Positions 1-13,629 of a stretch of DNA of 64,000 bases are shown here, in pieces. The stretch spans positions 8,866,001 to 8,930,000 of the forward strand of contig CM074520.1 in the NCBI GenBank assembly GCA_037379345.1, given 5' to 3'. Source of the stretch: Perna viridis. Lineage: Eukaryota. The position numbers were made by a program, and so were the translations under genes. The notes under the pieces were generated by a model. The model saw nothing but the letters and a program-made list of their open reading frames with translations, was not told the DNA's origin and did no database searches. How positions within the stretch are numbered: the first letter of the stretch is position 1; every line of letters begins with the position of its first letter.

Positions 1-659
1 CATAATTGTCACGTTTGTCATATATTTTTGCACCGAGATGACTAGAAACTTTTTAATTTTGCATTTGTTCCATTTTTCACTTCAAAGATATGGTAGAACA
101 ACATCTGAAAGTCATATATGTACTACAAGTCGTCAAGTTCGACGCTTTTAAGGACTTGTTTATAAAAAAACACGTTCAAATCTAGTAGTTTTTTTTTCAT
201 ATCGTACGGTATGAATGGTATTTTTTCGCGGTTTGAAAATTTAGCGTATTTGTTGAAAGTACGAATTTTCCCCGAGTAAGTTTGGGTTAGATTCTGTTTC
301 TCTGTTATCTTAATATTACGTTTTACAGGATAAAATCGTATGGAAGACATCATTACGAAAAATCAGTTTTGGGCTATTCACTAAATAACAAATGTGATTA
401 ACATTGAAACCAAATGTTTTAGACGTATAACTACAACATCGCCATAAAATTTGAATCAGCCTGTATCAATTTACTAAAAAATCTAATTCAGTTTTATTAA
501 ATTATTACGATAATTATGTAAAGTCTCTAACACTAAAACCTGGGTTCAATTCCGCGGAAATAGTACTTTAACTGAACAATTGAACAGGTGTGTTTCCCAA
601 TGTTGGAATGAAGTATACCCTACTTCATCTACTCGTCAGCTTAATATAAATAGCTTCCG

Positions 660-1352
660 TAGTGATACCAATCTCACAACCACTAAACAACTTCTATAGT
701 TAGGCAAAACTCAAAACCTATAAACAGCTTATATAGTGAGCCGAATCTCACAACCCATAAACAAACAATTTTTTAGGCAATTCTCACAACCCATAAACAA
801 CTTCAATAGTGAGGTCAATCCCTCAGCCCATTATCAGCTTCCATAGCAAGACCAATCTCACAACCCTTAAACAACTTCTATGTAGTGAGGCCAATCTCAC
901 AACCCTTAAACAATTTCTATGTAGTGAGGCCAATCTCACAACCCATAAACAACTTCAATATTGAAGCCAATCTAACAATCCATAAACATCTCTAATTGAG
1001 AGCCCAATCTCACAACACATAAACAAACAACTTTTGAAGCAAATCTCACAACCCATTAACAGCTTCTATAGTTAGATAAAACTCAATACCCATAAACAAT
1101 TTCTATAGTGAGGTCAATGCCACAACCCATTATCAGCTTCAATAGTGAGACCAATTACACAATACATTAACACCTTCTATAGTATGGCCAATCTCACATC
1201 CCATAAACACCTTCTATAGTATGGCCAATCTCACATCCCATAAACACCTTCTATAGTATGGCCAATCTCACACCCCATAAACACCTTCTATAGTATGGCC
1301 AATCTCACATCCCATAAACACCTTCTATAGTTTGGCCAATCTCACAACCCAT
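660..1352. repeat. ~37-bp minisatellite array
   Basis: Unit ccaatctcacatcccataaacaccttctatagtatgg is near-perfect at 1170-1350 and more diverged upstream. Confidence 0.9.
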
Positions 1353-2679
1353 CAAGAATTAAGGAAATTACATAGAATGCTACGAGCCTTATTCATTAGA
1401 ATTAATGTTAGTAGTGAACATATATTTTGTTGATGAAATTAATTTCGTCTTTAGATTTGATAAACGGAAGTTATTCACCCTATGCTTTAGGATGTTTTCA
1501 AGTGCCGCGTTTTAACATAAAAGGCAATGTATTTCAAAGTACGTCCGCTTGCTCTTGCTCAGTCAAGTATGTATAATATACAGTTTCATCAATAAGATTC
1601 TGCTAAATCAAAGATTATGATTTGAAAAACCCATCTTCGTATTAGTAAAAATCAACAGCAACTGCATTAGCGTTAAAACAAACTTTAACAATTACCCCCT
1701 CCAGCCAAACAAGCAAGATAACAAATATAATTACAAAACAAAAACAAAAACCCAAAAAGATTAAAATAAGAAATAAAACAAAGCAAAACAAAATAGAAAG
1801 AAAAAGAAAAAAATATAAAAAAAAATAAATCAGAACATCAATTACTGGAAAAGAATCACAAAAATTAACAAAACAATTTTTATCCTTGTCCTTCGACTTT
1901 GCAGTTTCAATACTTTTGTCATTGGTTTCCTCCTAGGAATCAAATAAACTATTTTATTTTTGAAATTACATTTAAGGCTTTATTAATAAAGTTTAACACC
2001 ACAAAAGATTTCATACGACCACCCACAGTCACGAGATATTGGTCACGTGTCTTAGCGTATTTTTATCATCGTTCTTATGCATTTGTTTCGCTTATTCGTA
2101 TCCGTTCTTTTTCTTATATACACATCTTTTTCCTAAATGACAAATGACCGATTTTTTTAAATTCCGAGAAAAAATATAATGGAATATTGTTTCTCCTGCA
2201 TAATAATTGCAGCCATTCTCCCTATCAATCTAACACTGGATTGCATAAGGAAAACAATCTTGCAACGTGTTATATAATTATGTTATTTCTTGAAAGTTAA
2301 AAGATATAAGTTACACACCCTTTTTATAAGTAGGTACATACACATCTATGGCAAATTTGACAACGCAAGTCTAGTTTCTTACAATAAATACAAAAATATT
2401 TAGTCTATTTCCGTAACATTTTCTTCTACATAATTTGACGGGGAGGAATAAGCGCTTCAAAGGAGTGTTTATAGGTTTATAGAAGTATGTTACAGTAACG
2501 TACTAATAGACGTATCCTCATTAAAATGATGTCTTTTAAGTAATGATTTACTTTTTACAAACCAAAACAAGATATTTCCACGATTGAATGCTTATGGTAC
2601 CTGTCAAATTTTAATTCGGTCAACGAAATCATCGTCTGAAGCATACCCCAATAAAAATGTCTTCTTCATGCCTTTTCAA

Positions 2680-2865
2680 GCTTCACCAATCACATTAGTC
2701 CTCTGAATCATAATTAATCACATTGTCTTTTTGAATATCATTAATCACACTGTCGTCTCACAGAGCTCAAACCACATTGACCTCACAAATCAAGATCGTT
2801 ACCCAAGTATCACCAATCACATTGTATTTCACACGTATATAAAGTATCATCAGTTAGACTGTCTT
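2680..2865. repeat. Degenerate ~22-bp tandem repeat (aatcacattgtc...), left part of an interrupted array
   Basis: Recurring ccaatcacattgtc/aagtatc motifs; the same motifs resume at ~13630. Confidence 0.6.
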
Positions 2866-4334
2866 ACACAGGCAAATTGCAACATATGTTTTCATATGTT
2901 TTGAAACATATGGAGACATGTTTAGGACCAGTTTTCGTGCATTTAAAAATATATGAAATCATTCAAAAATCATACGAAATCACAATCTTTTCATATCTGA
3001 AGATCTTTCGAGTAATAATTACAATATGATTTTTATTTAATTGTTTTTTGAAGAATTAATTCATAAGTCAAAAACAAATGTTTTCAATATGTTTTTTTTT
3101 TGTGTTTTAAGTAGCAGTCCGCCTAAGAATCATGCAATTTTCACTGTAAGTAATTTATTGATGTCAGATGTTTTATCCGAATTGACTTTAAATCAGTTGG
3201 ATATATTGGAAAAACAATAAATAAACTGAAAAAAATGAAAAATAATTTCACCGTTACAATAGCTATGATCACTCCTTAGTAACCACCAATTAAGGACCAA
3301 ATTATCACAAAAACATCACAAATTGAATGTAATTTTATGTATCTAATGGTGGACATTTGTCAAACCACATAATTATATTAATGAAGTGTGACTTAGGGAA
3401 AACAATTTAAAATAAAGTACAAAGCAATCTGATTGGTTTAAATCTGGTTACCATAGCAACCAAAATTCTTAATTTTTGACATTTTGAAATATACGGAAGT
3501 AGGCTATGTTCAGACCTGTTTTGCCAGCACTAGAACGAAGATATTATCCAAATGTAAACATTGATGTGTGGCTAGACCTCCCCACTGAAACATATCAAAT
3601 ATAAAAATATGTAACCTATCTTTGTTTTTCGCTCATCTGGACCCGAATCACCACCTATAAAGACTTTTCTTCTTCTTAACGCTTTTCATACTAACATTGT
3701 CCATACCATAACTTTTTTGTCTTTTGACCTAGACTTCTAATATTTGGTATGTTGGTACATCATCTCAGGGCAGAGTGTTGCGTACCAGAGTTGGTGACCT
3801 TTGAACTTGACCTTTAACCTTTAAGGTCAAATCACATAAAAATTTTTGCATAATACGATACATAATTTTGTCTCTGCCATCACTTTTAGGTCTTTTTACT
3901 TTGATATTTGATCTTCGGCATTTAAGTATATCACACCAAAGCTGAGAATAATGTTTTATGTAGATGCCCTTTGACCTTGACCTCTGACCCCAAGTCAAAT
4001 AACACAAAAAATTTTGCAAAATATACAAAACTTTGTTTCGATCATAATGTTTTTCGTCTTTTTACCCAGATATCTGATATTTTTGGTATGAAAGTAAATC
4101 ATATTAAGGTAGAGTGTAATGTTCTAGATAGGATGATTTTTTACCTTTAGATTAATTAAAACTTAAAGAAATTGAAGTCTGGAGTTTGAAACTACCATTC
4201 TGGGTACTAGAATTTAGGTTGAAGATAAAGGTTTGTTTTCTTGTCGTATATTTCAAGCTCGCCTGGGACGAAGGTCAGTGTGAGCTATTGCCATCACTTT
4301 GTGTCTGTTGTAGGCATCTGTTGTTATTGTTACT

Positions 4335-4640
4335 TTTTTCAAAAATATTTTATAAATTTTATTTTGTCACAATCTTTTGTAATGCCTGAAATAAATAATT
4401 TTCAAAAATATTTTATAAATTTTATTTTGTCACAATCTTTTGTAATGCCTGAAATAAATAATTTTCAAAAATATTTTTTTTAATTTTATTTTGTTGCAAT
4501 CTTCTCTAATGCCTGAAAAATCATTTTCAAAAAGTTTTTTTTTAATTTTATTTCGTCACTATCTTTTCTAATGCCTTAAAATCATTTTCAAAAATCTTTT
4601 TTTTTAAATTTTATTTTGTTGCAACATTTTCTAATGCCTG
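4335..4640. repeat. ~60-63-bp tandem repeat (about 5 units) after a HINE-like 5' fragment
   Basis: Unit tttcaaaaatattttataaattttattttgtcacaatcttttgtaatgcctgaaataaataat; preceded at 4253-4320 by agctcgcctggg...gtgagctattgccatcact. Confidence 0.8.
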
Positions 4641-4759
4641 ATTTAACAATCTAACTCCTTTTTATTTAGGTCCTTATACATGTATTCCTCTTACGAACAA
4701 ATTCACTCGAGTATCCAACATTGGGATGCGTCGGGTATAGTATATTGGTGTGTAGCATT

Positions 4760-6137
4760 TCAGAAACTATGAATAAACCAAACATAGGAAAAAGTTATCA
4801 AGGGAACCAAGATTCTAGGAAATCTACAATTATATACTCCATCTCGTAGTGGCACATTAGAATCAATTGAATATAGAAAATATGAACTATTCATGATAGT
4901 ATACAAAGTTACATGATCCTTCTACTTATTAATTGCCCATACATGAGGTCAGAAGTAAACTTTAACATAGTCAATGAAATGTAAAATATAGGTTTCTGAT
5001 AGTTCACTTTAGCCCGGAAGCTAATTCACGATCCTTGATTCATCAGTATATAACATCAGTTATATGATCCTACCTTTTATATTTAATGAGGTGTGAAAAG
5101 TACTAAATCATGATATTGTAACCAAAAAATTAGATTTTTATTTTCTTTGACATATTCCTCTATATGCGTTAACCTATTCAACTGGGTTTGAACACAGACA
5201 TAAACATACACGTAGATTTTCCAAGACTTCATCAACTTCCTAATCCGAAGATAGTCAAATTCATAATGAACCTGGTTGTGATTCCTAAGATATATTGACT
5301 GACCAGGTATCAATTGTAATTCATTTCTGGTACCTACGAATTAAGACTAAACCAAAATATCTAAAGAGAGTTGCTAAAACGGAAAACGTAGACCACAAAA
5401 TTCTTTAGTGTGTTTATCATATAAATGGCATGTAAATGTATGCACAATTTAAGCCAGTTCTTGTGCTAGTTTCCTTAAATGGGAAATAAATGATCACGCA
5501 TAAAATGGTTTTTGAATGATATTCAAATTTATTTTAATGTGATTAGGGTACAAGTACTACCCTAAGGCCTTATATATACAAAAAGAAAATACAATATCGA
5601 TTTTCCAATTGTTTATTTCCCATTGCTAGGTTGTGATATTCCCAAAACACCCTCCTACGGTATTAACATTTACAACTGTTCTGTTTAGCTCGTATTTGTA
5701 ATAAAGTGTCAGATTTTATTTAACACAACAGATTCCTCTCAGAAAAGCTTTAGCACCAAGGGGTATCGATTTCAAAAACTTCTATGAACGTTTACGAAGT
5801 GTTTTCACCTTTATAAGATTTCATCATGATTTAGTACTTCTGGTATCATAAATGTACCTCAATCAATATAAAAGGCAGGATCATATAACTGAAGTTATAT
5901 ACTGATGCATTGAGGATAGCGAATCAGCATCCAAGTGAAGGGCAGTATCTACATTTCTTTGACCGTGTTAAAGTTTACTTCTGATCTCATGTATGGGCAA
6001 TAATAAGTAGAAACTTGTTGACTATATTGTATAAAAGTAGTTCGCATTTTCTAATTATACAATTGATTCTTAAATGTCAAGACAAGATGAAATGCATAAT
6101 TATAGGTTACCCATATTTGGTTCACTCATAACTTCTA
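4760..6137. repeat. Inner ~350-bp inverted repeat pair (4760-5116 / 5822-6137)
   Basis: For example tgcccatacatgaggtcagaagtaaactttaaca versus tgttaaagtttacttctgatctcatgtatgggca, and catcagtatataacatcagttatatgatcc versus ggatcatataactgaagttatatactgatg. Confidence 0.85.
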
Positions 6138-6188
6138 GACCGCTACAAGTAATAAGGTAACAGGCAAGTAAACAAACGTTTTTTTTTT

Positions 6189-7470
6189 TAGATCAGCTGG
6201 CTAAAAGCCAAGTAAGCTTATGCCATCACTTGGCGTCCGTCATCGTCGACAAATTTTCGAAAATCTTCACCTCTAGAGAATTGTCCACAAAATGACCGTT
6301 GGGATCCGTGAAAAAACATAGCCACCGTTACTGAAAATAGAACATAAAGGTCTAAAGCATTTTTTGCAAATAACTCAAAAACCGTTGCCTTAAGCGAAAT
6401 CATGGTTGGGGATAATATTTCTCAGCATCAAGAGACAGATCTATGCCGAAATTCTGAAAACGGTATTGACAACCAATGTATGAGTTATGACACCTAAAAC
6501 AGCCTTTTTGGCATTCTTCCTATGTACAACTTTGAAAATATTCTTCTCAAAAATCATTGTGGTGAATTCAATTAGAGTTTGCATAATTGTTTCGTAGGGT
6601 ATTTCACACAAAATGACCGAAATGAAACACATTACCTCTGCCACTAAAAAATAGAACATAGGGGTCAGAAGAAATATTTTGCAAACAACTCAAAGGTTAT
6701 TGGCCTTAGCAAAATTCTTGAGAGTAATATAGACAGACCTATGCCAGAATTTTCAAAAGAATTTATCTTTTGATTCAGGAGTTACAGCCCCTGAAACAGT
6801 TTTTGCATGAGCAACTTAGTTAATCTTATCTAAAACCATTGTACATAATTCAATGAAAGTTGGCGTATTTGTTCTTTAGAGTATTCCACACAATATGACT
6901 GTTGGTACTTTTAATCCGTGAAAAAAACATGGCCGCCGTTACTAAAAATAGAACATAAAAGTCAGAAGGCAGTTTTTGTATATAGCTTAAAATATGTAGG
7001 GGTTATATTGTTCAGCATCATAAGACACACCAATTCCGAAATTTTCGAAACGATTCATATACTAATGTAGGAATCATGATTACTGAAACACTTTTTTTCA
7101 CATGTACATGTACAACTTGGAAAATCTTCTCCTTAAATTTAAAACCATATGAGATCATTTAATGGAAATAAAGCATATTAGTTATTTAGTGTATTTGTGA
7201 TCGAAATGACTTGTGATTTATAATCCATGAATATATATGGCTGCCTATACTAAAAACGGAACATAGGGGTCGGAAGGCAGTTTTTTTAAAAATAATTCAA
7301 AAACTGTTGCCTTCAGCAAAATTCTGGTTCAGATCATAAATGTTATCAAAAGCATTTGCTGCATTTGACTATTCAGTTGATTTTAACCTAGCCTGTCTCA
7401 TTGTCAAGATTTTCTAATAAGCAAATTGTAAACCAGGTGAGCGATTCAGGCTCTCTTGGGCCTCTAGTTA
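6189..7470 (+). mobile_element. HINE-type (Helentron-associated) non-autonomous element with internal tandem repeats
   Basis: 5' tgccatcacttggcgtccgtcatcgtcg; internal ~300-bp repeats (ctaaaaatagaacataggggtcaga); 3' caggtgagcgattcaggctctcttgggcctctagtt hairpin. Same family as 27657-28720. Confidence 0.75.
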
Positions 7471-8014
7471 TCCATTTATAATATTTCTATGATATATTTA
7501 TAAATGCTGATTTTCCAATTGTTCTTATCTAAATTTCTGCCACCAAATTCCATGTTGAGTAAGTCACGGTATTGTGACATTATGTTTAAACAACAAAATT
7601 ACAAAACATTTTGAAATGTTCTATAAAAAGAATCTACATGTTAATGTTGATCAAGGGGAACCAAGATTCAACGGAAATCAAAAGAATGTAATCCTGAGAC
7701 ATTTTGATAAGAAGATGTGCATTTCAGTAATACAAGAGCTCAAAAAATGGAAATGGGATATCATGTCAAGTTAAGATCAATAAAAACAAGAAATATTATT
7801 CTGGGGTCTAATTGAATTCTCTCAATATACAGAAATTAATAAATAAAAAAATAATATCAGTCATACGACATCCGTCCTCATTAACACTAAGTCAAAATTT
7901 GGTATGTTATTTGTCAATGAAGTCAAGTTCAAATGTCAACCAATCTAGTACGTGACGCCTCGATTTGATGAAATATAGGCCCATACCAAAATATCAGATG
8001 TCTCAGTAAAAAGA

Positions 8015-8054
<40 letters not shown>

Positions 8055-8792
8055 GTGGTCCAGACTAAATATCAGATATCTGGGTAAAAAGACAAAAAAC
8101 GTTATGGCCAAGACAAAGTTTTGTATGGTATTTTGCCAAACTCTTTATGTTATTTGACCTTAATGTTAAAGGTCAAGGTCAAATGTCACAAATTCTGGTA
8201 CGCTACACTCTACTCTAAGATGATGTACAAACATACCAAATAGTAGAAGTCTAGGTCAAAAGACAAAAAAGTTATGGTCAGGACAATGTTAGTATGAAAA
8301 GCGTTAAGAAGAAGAAAAGGTTTTTTGAGTGGTGATTTCGGGTTAAGATGAGCAAAAAACAAAGATAGGTTACATTTTTTTATTTTTGATGTTTCAGTGG
8401 TTAGGTCTACCATTAGATATATAAAATTACATTCAAATTGTGATGTTTTTGTGATAATTAGGCCAAAAATTGGTGGTTTCTAAGGAGTGGTCGTTGCTAT
8501 GGTAACGGTGAAAATATTTTTCATTTTTTTCATTTTATTTATTGTATTATATTATTATTGGATAAAATATCTGACTTCGATAAATCACCCACTGCACGAT
8601 TCTTATGCGGACTGCTACTTAACAACGTATGAAAAACATATGATGCAATTTTGCCGATGTAGATTCAAGATTCAAGATTCTTTATTTCACTCAGACACAA
8701 GTTATGTGTAACATGAGGCAAATACAAATACAATTAATGAAAATGGCAAGGTAGACAGATATACAAAAATTACATAAAATATATGCATTAAA

Positions 8793-11700
8793 TTACAATA
8801 TAGCTGACAGTTTTTTGATAAACATGGAAATTTTAGATAACAAAGTTGTATGACAATTTGAAAACATACCCTTGAACTTGTGTATTGATGGGTGGGATGA
8901 AAAATACTTTGGTACATATAGCTTCCTAAGATTTACAACAATAGAATTTTTACATACAAATAAATAATGAAACTCATCTCCTAATAAACCTTCGTTGCAT
9001 AAGCTACATATTCGTTCATGTCTAGGTATATTGTGCCATCGTCCTGTTTCTATAGGAAATTTTATATTGGATGATCTAAATTTGGTTATCCAGATTCGGG
9101 ATTTCTCGGGTAAACGAAGTAAGTAAGTTTCAAGACCAAAGTTATGCTTAAATAACTCATAGAAAGATCCTCTAGTGGAGTTATCAATGTCACTATGCCA
9201 TTTTTGAACGAATTGATCTTGCAATATCTGCTTAATTAGTTGTTTGTATAAAGAAAAATCTATAAATTGTTGATCGGTGAATATATAGCTTAATCCACAT
9301 GACTTCAGGAACGAGATCCACTTAAAATTACAAACATTATCAAAATGTAAATTAAACATAAGTTTAAATACAATACAACTTAGTTTATTTTCGTTTTTGA
9401 GGAGGAGAGAGTAAAATGACACCATCCTCAGCTTTATATCTATGTCTAAAGGGAATCGCCCAAGTTCTCCATACACTATGAAGTTCGGCGTACTTTTTCT
9501 AACATTAAGAATGCGCTTGCAAAATTTCAAGTGAACCTTTTCTTTGGAATTTGTGTTTTCGAATCCCCAAATTTCAGATCCATATAATAAAATAGGAGCA
9601 ATCATAAAATCAAAAAGCTTTAATTGAATGTCGATAGGTAAATTCAAGTTTCGAATTTTAGTGTAAACGGCAAATAATGCCTTTTCAGCTTGTTCAACCA
9701 ATTTACTTTTGGCATCAGTGAATGAGCCGTTATACTTAAGCAATAATCCTAAATAATTATAACTGTCGACAATTTCAAGTGATGCATCATTAAGTTTAAA
9801 CTCTGGCAGTCGCCGTGGTTTGCGTTTGCAAAATATCATAACTTTAGTCTTGTTAGTATTAACCGATAATTTCCATGTATCACAATATGCCGAAAATATG
9901 TCTAACGATTTCTGCATGTTGTCGCTCGTTTCTGCAAAAACAACAGTATCATCCGCATACAACAGTGCAAAAATCTCTAAATATATCTGCAGAGCATCAT
10001 GAGATTTATCTAGAATAAAGTCTAATGGTCGACCAACAGCATTCCTAAAGAATTCTTCCAAGTCGTTCAGGAAAATAGAGAAAAGGAAAGGCGACAAGTT
10101 TTCTCCTTGACGGACTCCTATCAAACAAGGAAAGAATTCTGAACGATCGTTTCGGTATTGAACGCATGATCTAATATTGTTATACATATTAAAAATGACA
10201 TCAAAACATTTACCACTAATATTACTACGCCTAAGTTTAGTCCATAGTCCGGTGCGCCAAACCGTATCAAAAGCCTTTCTAAAATCTATAAAGGTACAGA
10301 AGAGCTTTTTTCGCTTGATAGATATAATGCAATCAAAGCATATATGACAAATATGTTATCAGCAGTTGAATGGCCTTTCCTGAATCCAGCTTGATTCTTT
10401 GAAATCAGACTTATCTCATTTGAAAGATCTGTTAGTCTTTCATTTATAATGGAAGTAAATAACTTACCCAGACAACTAATAAGTGTGATAGCTCTGTAAT
10501 TATCAGGGTCGTTTACATCCCCCTTATTCTTATACATTGGTTTAATAATTCCAACAAGCCAGTTCTCCGGTACAATTCCGCTGTCTAATATAACATTGAA
10601 TCATTTACAAAATGTACCAATATGATCTACGGGTATATTTTTCAAGTATTCATTACTAATTTCATCTGTACCGGGTGCTTTGTTATTTTTAAGATTTGAG
10701 ATTGCTCTCAAGACTTCGTTTTCATAGATCGGAGCATTGAGAATATTATTAGCTATCTCTTGATCAGAGGCCGAAAGATTAATATCCTCATCATCTAAAT
10801 CGAACGATGCATCATTTGATTCATCGGCATTTAAATTCTTGAAATAATCATAAAGAACGTCAAGAGGAATAGCTGGTGAATTTTTTTCTATAATTATTAA
10901 ATCGATTCAACAATTTCCAAACATTTTTCGGATCTGTAGAATTAAATTTTCGCAATTCATTTGCACATTTATCCTGGTATTGAGCAAAACTCACATTTAA
11001 CTGAAGTTTATAGTTTCGCGCTGCTGTTTGCAAGCGAGTTTGAACATTTTTACTCTTATTTGTATTGTATTCTTTCTTCGCACTATGAAAAACATTGCGT
11101 TTTTCTTTACATTTCTTGTCGAACCAAGGTTTATCTCCTTGTTTAGCTTTATACTTATGATTTGCAGATTTAACACCACCCATAACATTCTTACTATAAT
11201 AAGTAAGAATATTTACCAATTCATTTACTAGTTCATTTACCTTTTCATCAGTTATTTCGTTAGATTGTAAAAGTTTATCTAACTTAACATCAATATCACA
11301 AAGTGGATCCGTTATAGCATGCCGGAATTGTTCCGACTTTTCAGGGGCCCATCTCACACGTGTAGATGAATGAAGTGTATCATTTATGTTGGGATTTAAT
11401 TTTTCTTTGGCGAATGACAAGGTAAATTTTATTCTATTATGTACATCTGATATCATAGGGTCAAAATCTAATACACAGAATTCTTCAAACAATGAGAACA
11501 AATTCGGGCTTACAAGTACATAATCAATCAAACTGATATTTTTACATGTAGTTTTTCCAATATCTCTATCTTCGGAAACTCTACCATTTGCTATATACAA
11601 AGATAATCGTTTACACATTTCAATCAATCTATGACCATAATTGTTACACCGACCAACATCTTGAGTTGATCTATTAAGAGATATATTATTCTCTTGTAGT

Positions 11701-12270
11701 ACTTTATATGAATACATATTATCAATGATATCATCATCAAATTCATTAAGTAAGTTAAGGTTTTGAAAAAGCGCATCATCAGGGATTACAAAATCATCTG
11801 CTTTTCCTGATCTTGCATTAAAATCACCAAAAAGGGAAATATAGTTCAAATTATGTGAAAATGAAATTAATTCTGATTCTTATTCCTCAAATGCAGAATG
11901 GCATGCATATTTTGAGTTTTCTGGCGGTATATACACACAACCGTATAACAATCTTTGTGGAAGACCTGTATAATCTGGCAAAATTTCAAACCACTGTACT
12001 AGTTCAGATTCTGCTTTTATAAAATTAATATATTTCGAAAATTCTTTTTTATACATAACAATAATACCACCGGACTTTCGTTTGACATTTTTCCTATTTT
12101 TAGTAACGTATTCGTAACCTTGTGGTACATCAAGAACATCAAATTTATCTAGTTTTGTTTCTAAAAAACATATAATATCATACTCTTGAATTAGTTCAAT
12201 AAAGTCAACATTTAGAAGCTTTGATTTTAATCCGCAAACATTAACGAATGTCACTCTCAATTTGTTTACC
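8793..12270 (-). pseudogene. LINE ORF2 (AP endonuclease + reverse transcriptase), disrupted
   Basis: APE motifs NVCGL, ETKL, GDFNAR, IDY, SDVH. RT motifs YRAITLIS, QAGFRKGHST, GVRQGENLSPFLF, LLYADD. C-terminal CSLC...DEFHYLFVC. Split by a stop at ~11880 and further disruptions near 10870, 10600 and 10300. Confidence 0.92.
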
Positions 12271-12320
12271 TGTCGTTGTGTATTGGGTCGTGATCGTTCA
12301 TGTGTGTCTGATGTGATGTC

Positions 12321-13481
12321 CTAGTTCATACCTGGAATGTGAGGTGTTTCACGGGGTTTCGGAACGTACGGCTGACCGTCTACAATAAGGGTATCATACA
12401 CTATTTTTGCATTTCGCTTGAGCCTTTGAAATTCTTTTAGTTTAGGTATCAGTGCTTTCCGGCGCTCGCTAATCTCAACTGGATACTGTTGGAAAACAGA
12501 ATATCTTGGGCTATTTTTAAGTTTTTCATTTGCTTCTCCAAGAACTTTCTGGTGATCATCATATTTTGTAAATCTTGCGATTATACTACGATGCTTTCCG
12601 TCACGCAGTGGCTTTAATCTATGAACGTTTTGGAATTCAATTGTGTTTGCACCTTCAATTTTCAGTTCTTGATTAATAAATTCTTTTACTAAATTTTCTG
12701 TTTCTTCTCTAGTTTCACCTGTATTTTCAGGTAAGCCAGTAAAATTAGATTGTACTTCATAGAATGGGTTTGAAGTTTCAGATATTGTTCATGTAATTCT
12801 CTATTTTGATTTTCAGGTATCCTATTTTGTTCCTCAAGATATTTCATTCTATCCTCTATAACATAATGATGCCTTTCCTCATTTGCCAAGGTTCTTGAAT
12901 GCTGGTCTTGAAGTGTTTTTATATCATTGATTTCTTTTTTCATTGAGTTTATATTAGCTTCAACAGTTTGTAGTTTAGTATTTATTTCTTCCAGCATATC
13001 AAGTTTTGAAGTTTATTTTGAATCATATTGTTGGTTGTGTTTACATTTTCAAGTCTATTATTCATAATATTCATGTTTTGTATGATGACATGTAGTGCCA
13101 TATCTGTGTTTGATGTAACTATAGGTTCTGTGTTTGACATACAGGGATTGCCTTGGATGTTGGATACTATGGGTTGTTGTATTGGTGTACTAGACTGTGG
13201 CTGGGTAGGGTACATGGGTGGTGGTGGGAGTAGAGACCTGAATCCAATTTGTGAAGTATTTTGTGGCATTTGCATTATAGATGGCTCTATGTATGAACGT
13301 TGAGGGCTATTCGTACCATATATACTCTGATTTGCTTGTGTTATGACTTGGGATAAGTCATATTGGGTAAACTTGGTATCGTTGTGGTCGCCGCCATGTT
13401 TTCGTTTTTGTTTACAATTTTCTCGGGTGGGGTAAGTCCTGATTTAGACGAGTTACTCCTATTTCTTTTCTTTTTACCCAT
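12321..13481 (-). pseudogene. LINE ORF1 (nucleic-acid-binding/coiled-coil protein), frameshifted
   Basis: ATG at 13481; Pro/Gln-rich segment; coiled coil (EEINTKLQTVEANINSMKKEI); HSMKYNLI; C-terminal KIVYDTLIVDGQPYVP; stop at 12321-12323; several frameshifts. Confidence 0.75.
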
Positions 13482-13629
13482 TTAATGTTTTAGCGAATTG
13501 TCCATGAAACATCTTCAACAACACAGAGTCACTTAAACCTTGTGCCACCAGGTATAATTACACTTTTTCGTAGAGCTATCGTGAGTACGTCTTGTCTACC
13601 CCGCCATTTTTCCATAGACCAATGTACGA

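Larger units (their letters stand above)
2867..8660. mobile_element. Foldback-like non-autonomous DNA element with long terminal inverted repeats
   Basis: ta|cacaggcaaattgcaacatatg (2865) mirrors catatgatgcaattttgccgatg|ta (8637-8661). Blocks 3105-3180, 3215-3355, 3570-3840 and 4040-4090 are reverse complements of 8560-8622, 8404-8545, 8140-8410 and 7980-8105. No transposase ORF is seen. Confidence 0.7.
8662..13615 (-). mobile_element. Full-length, disrupted non-LTR retrotransposon (CR1-group LINE)
   Basis: ORF1 plus ORF2 (APE, RT, C-terminal Cys/His motif). 3' AATAAA (tttatt 8681-8686) is followed by a (GAATCTT)n tail at 8662-8680. Possible short TSD atgta at 8657-8661 and 13622-13626. Clade assignment is inferred from motifs. 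Confidence 0.9.

Noticed and set aside
7929-8111. Poly-Phe ORF (and the poly-Lys ORF at 32714-32965)
   Set aside because: Artefacts of A37 and T43 homopolymer runs.
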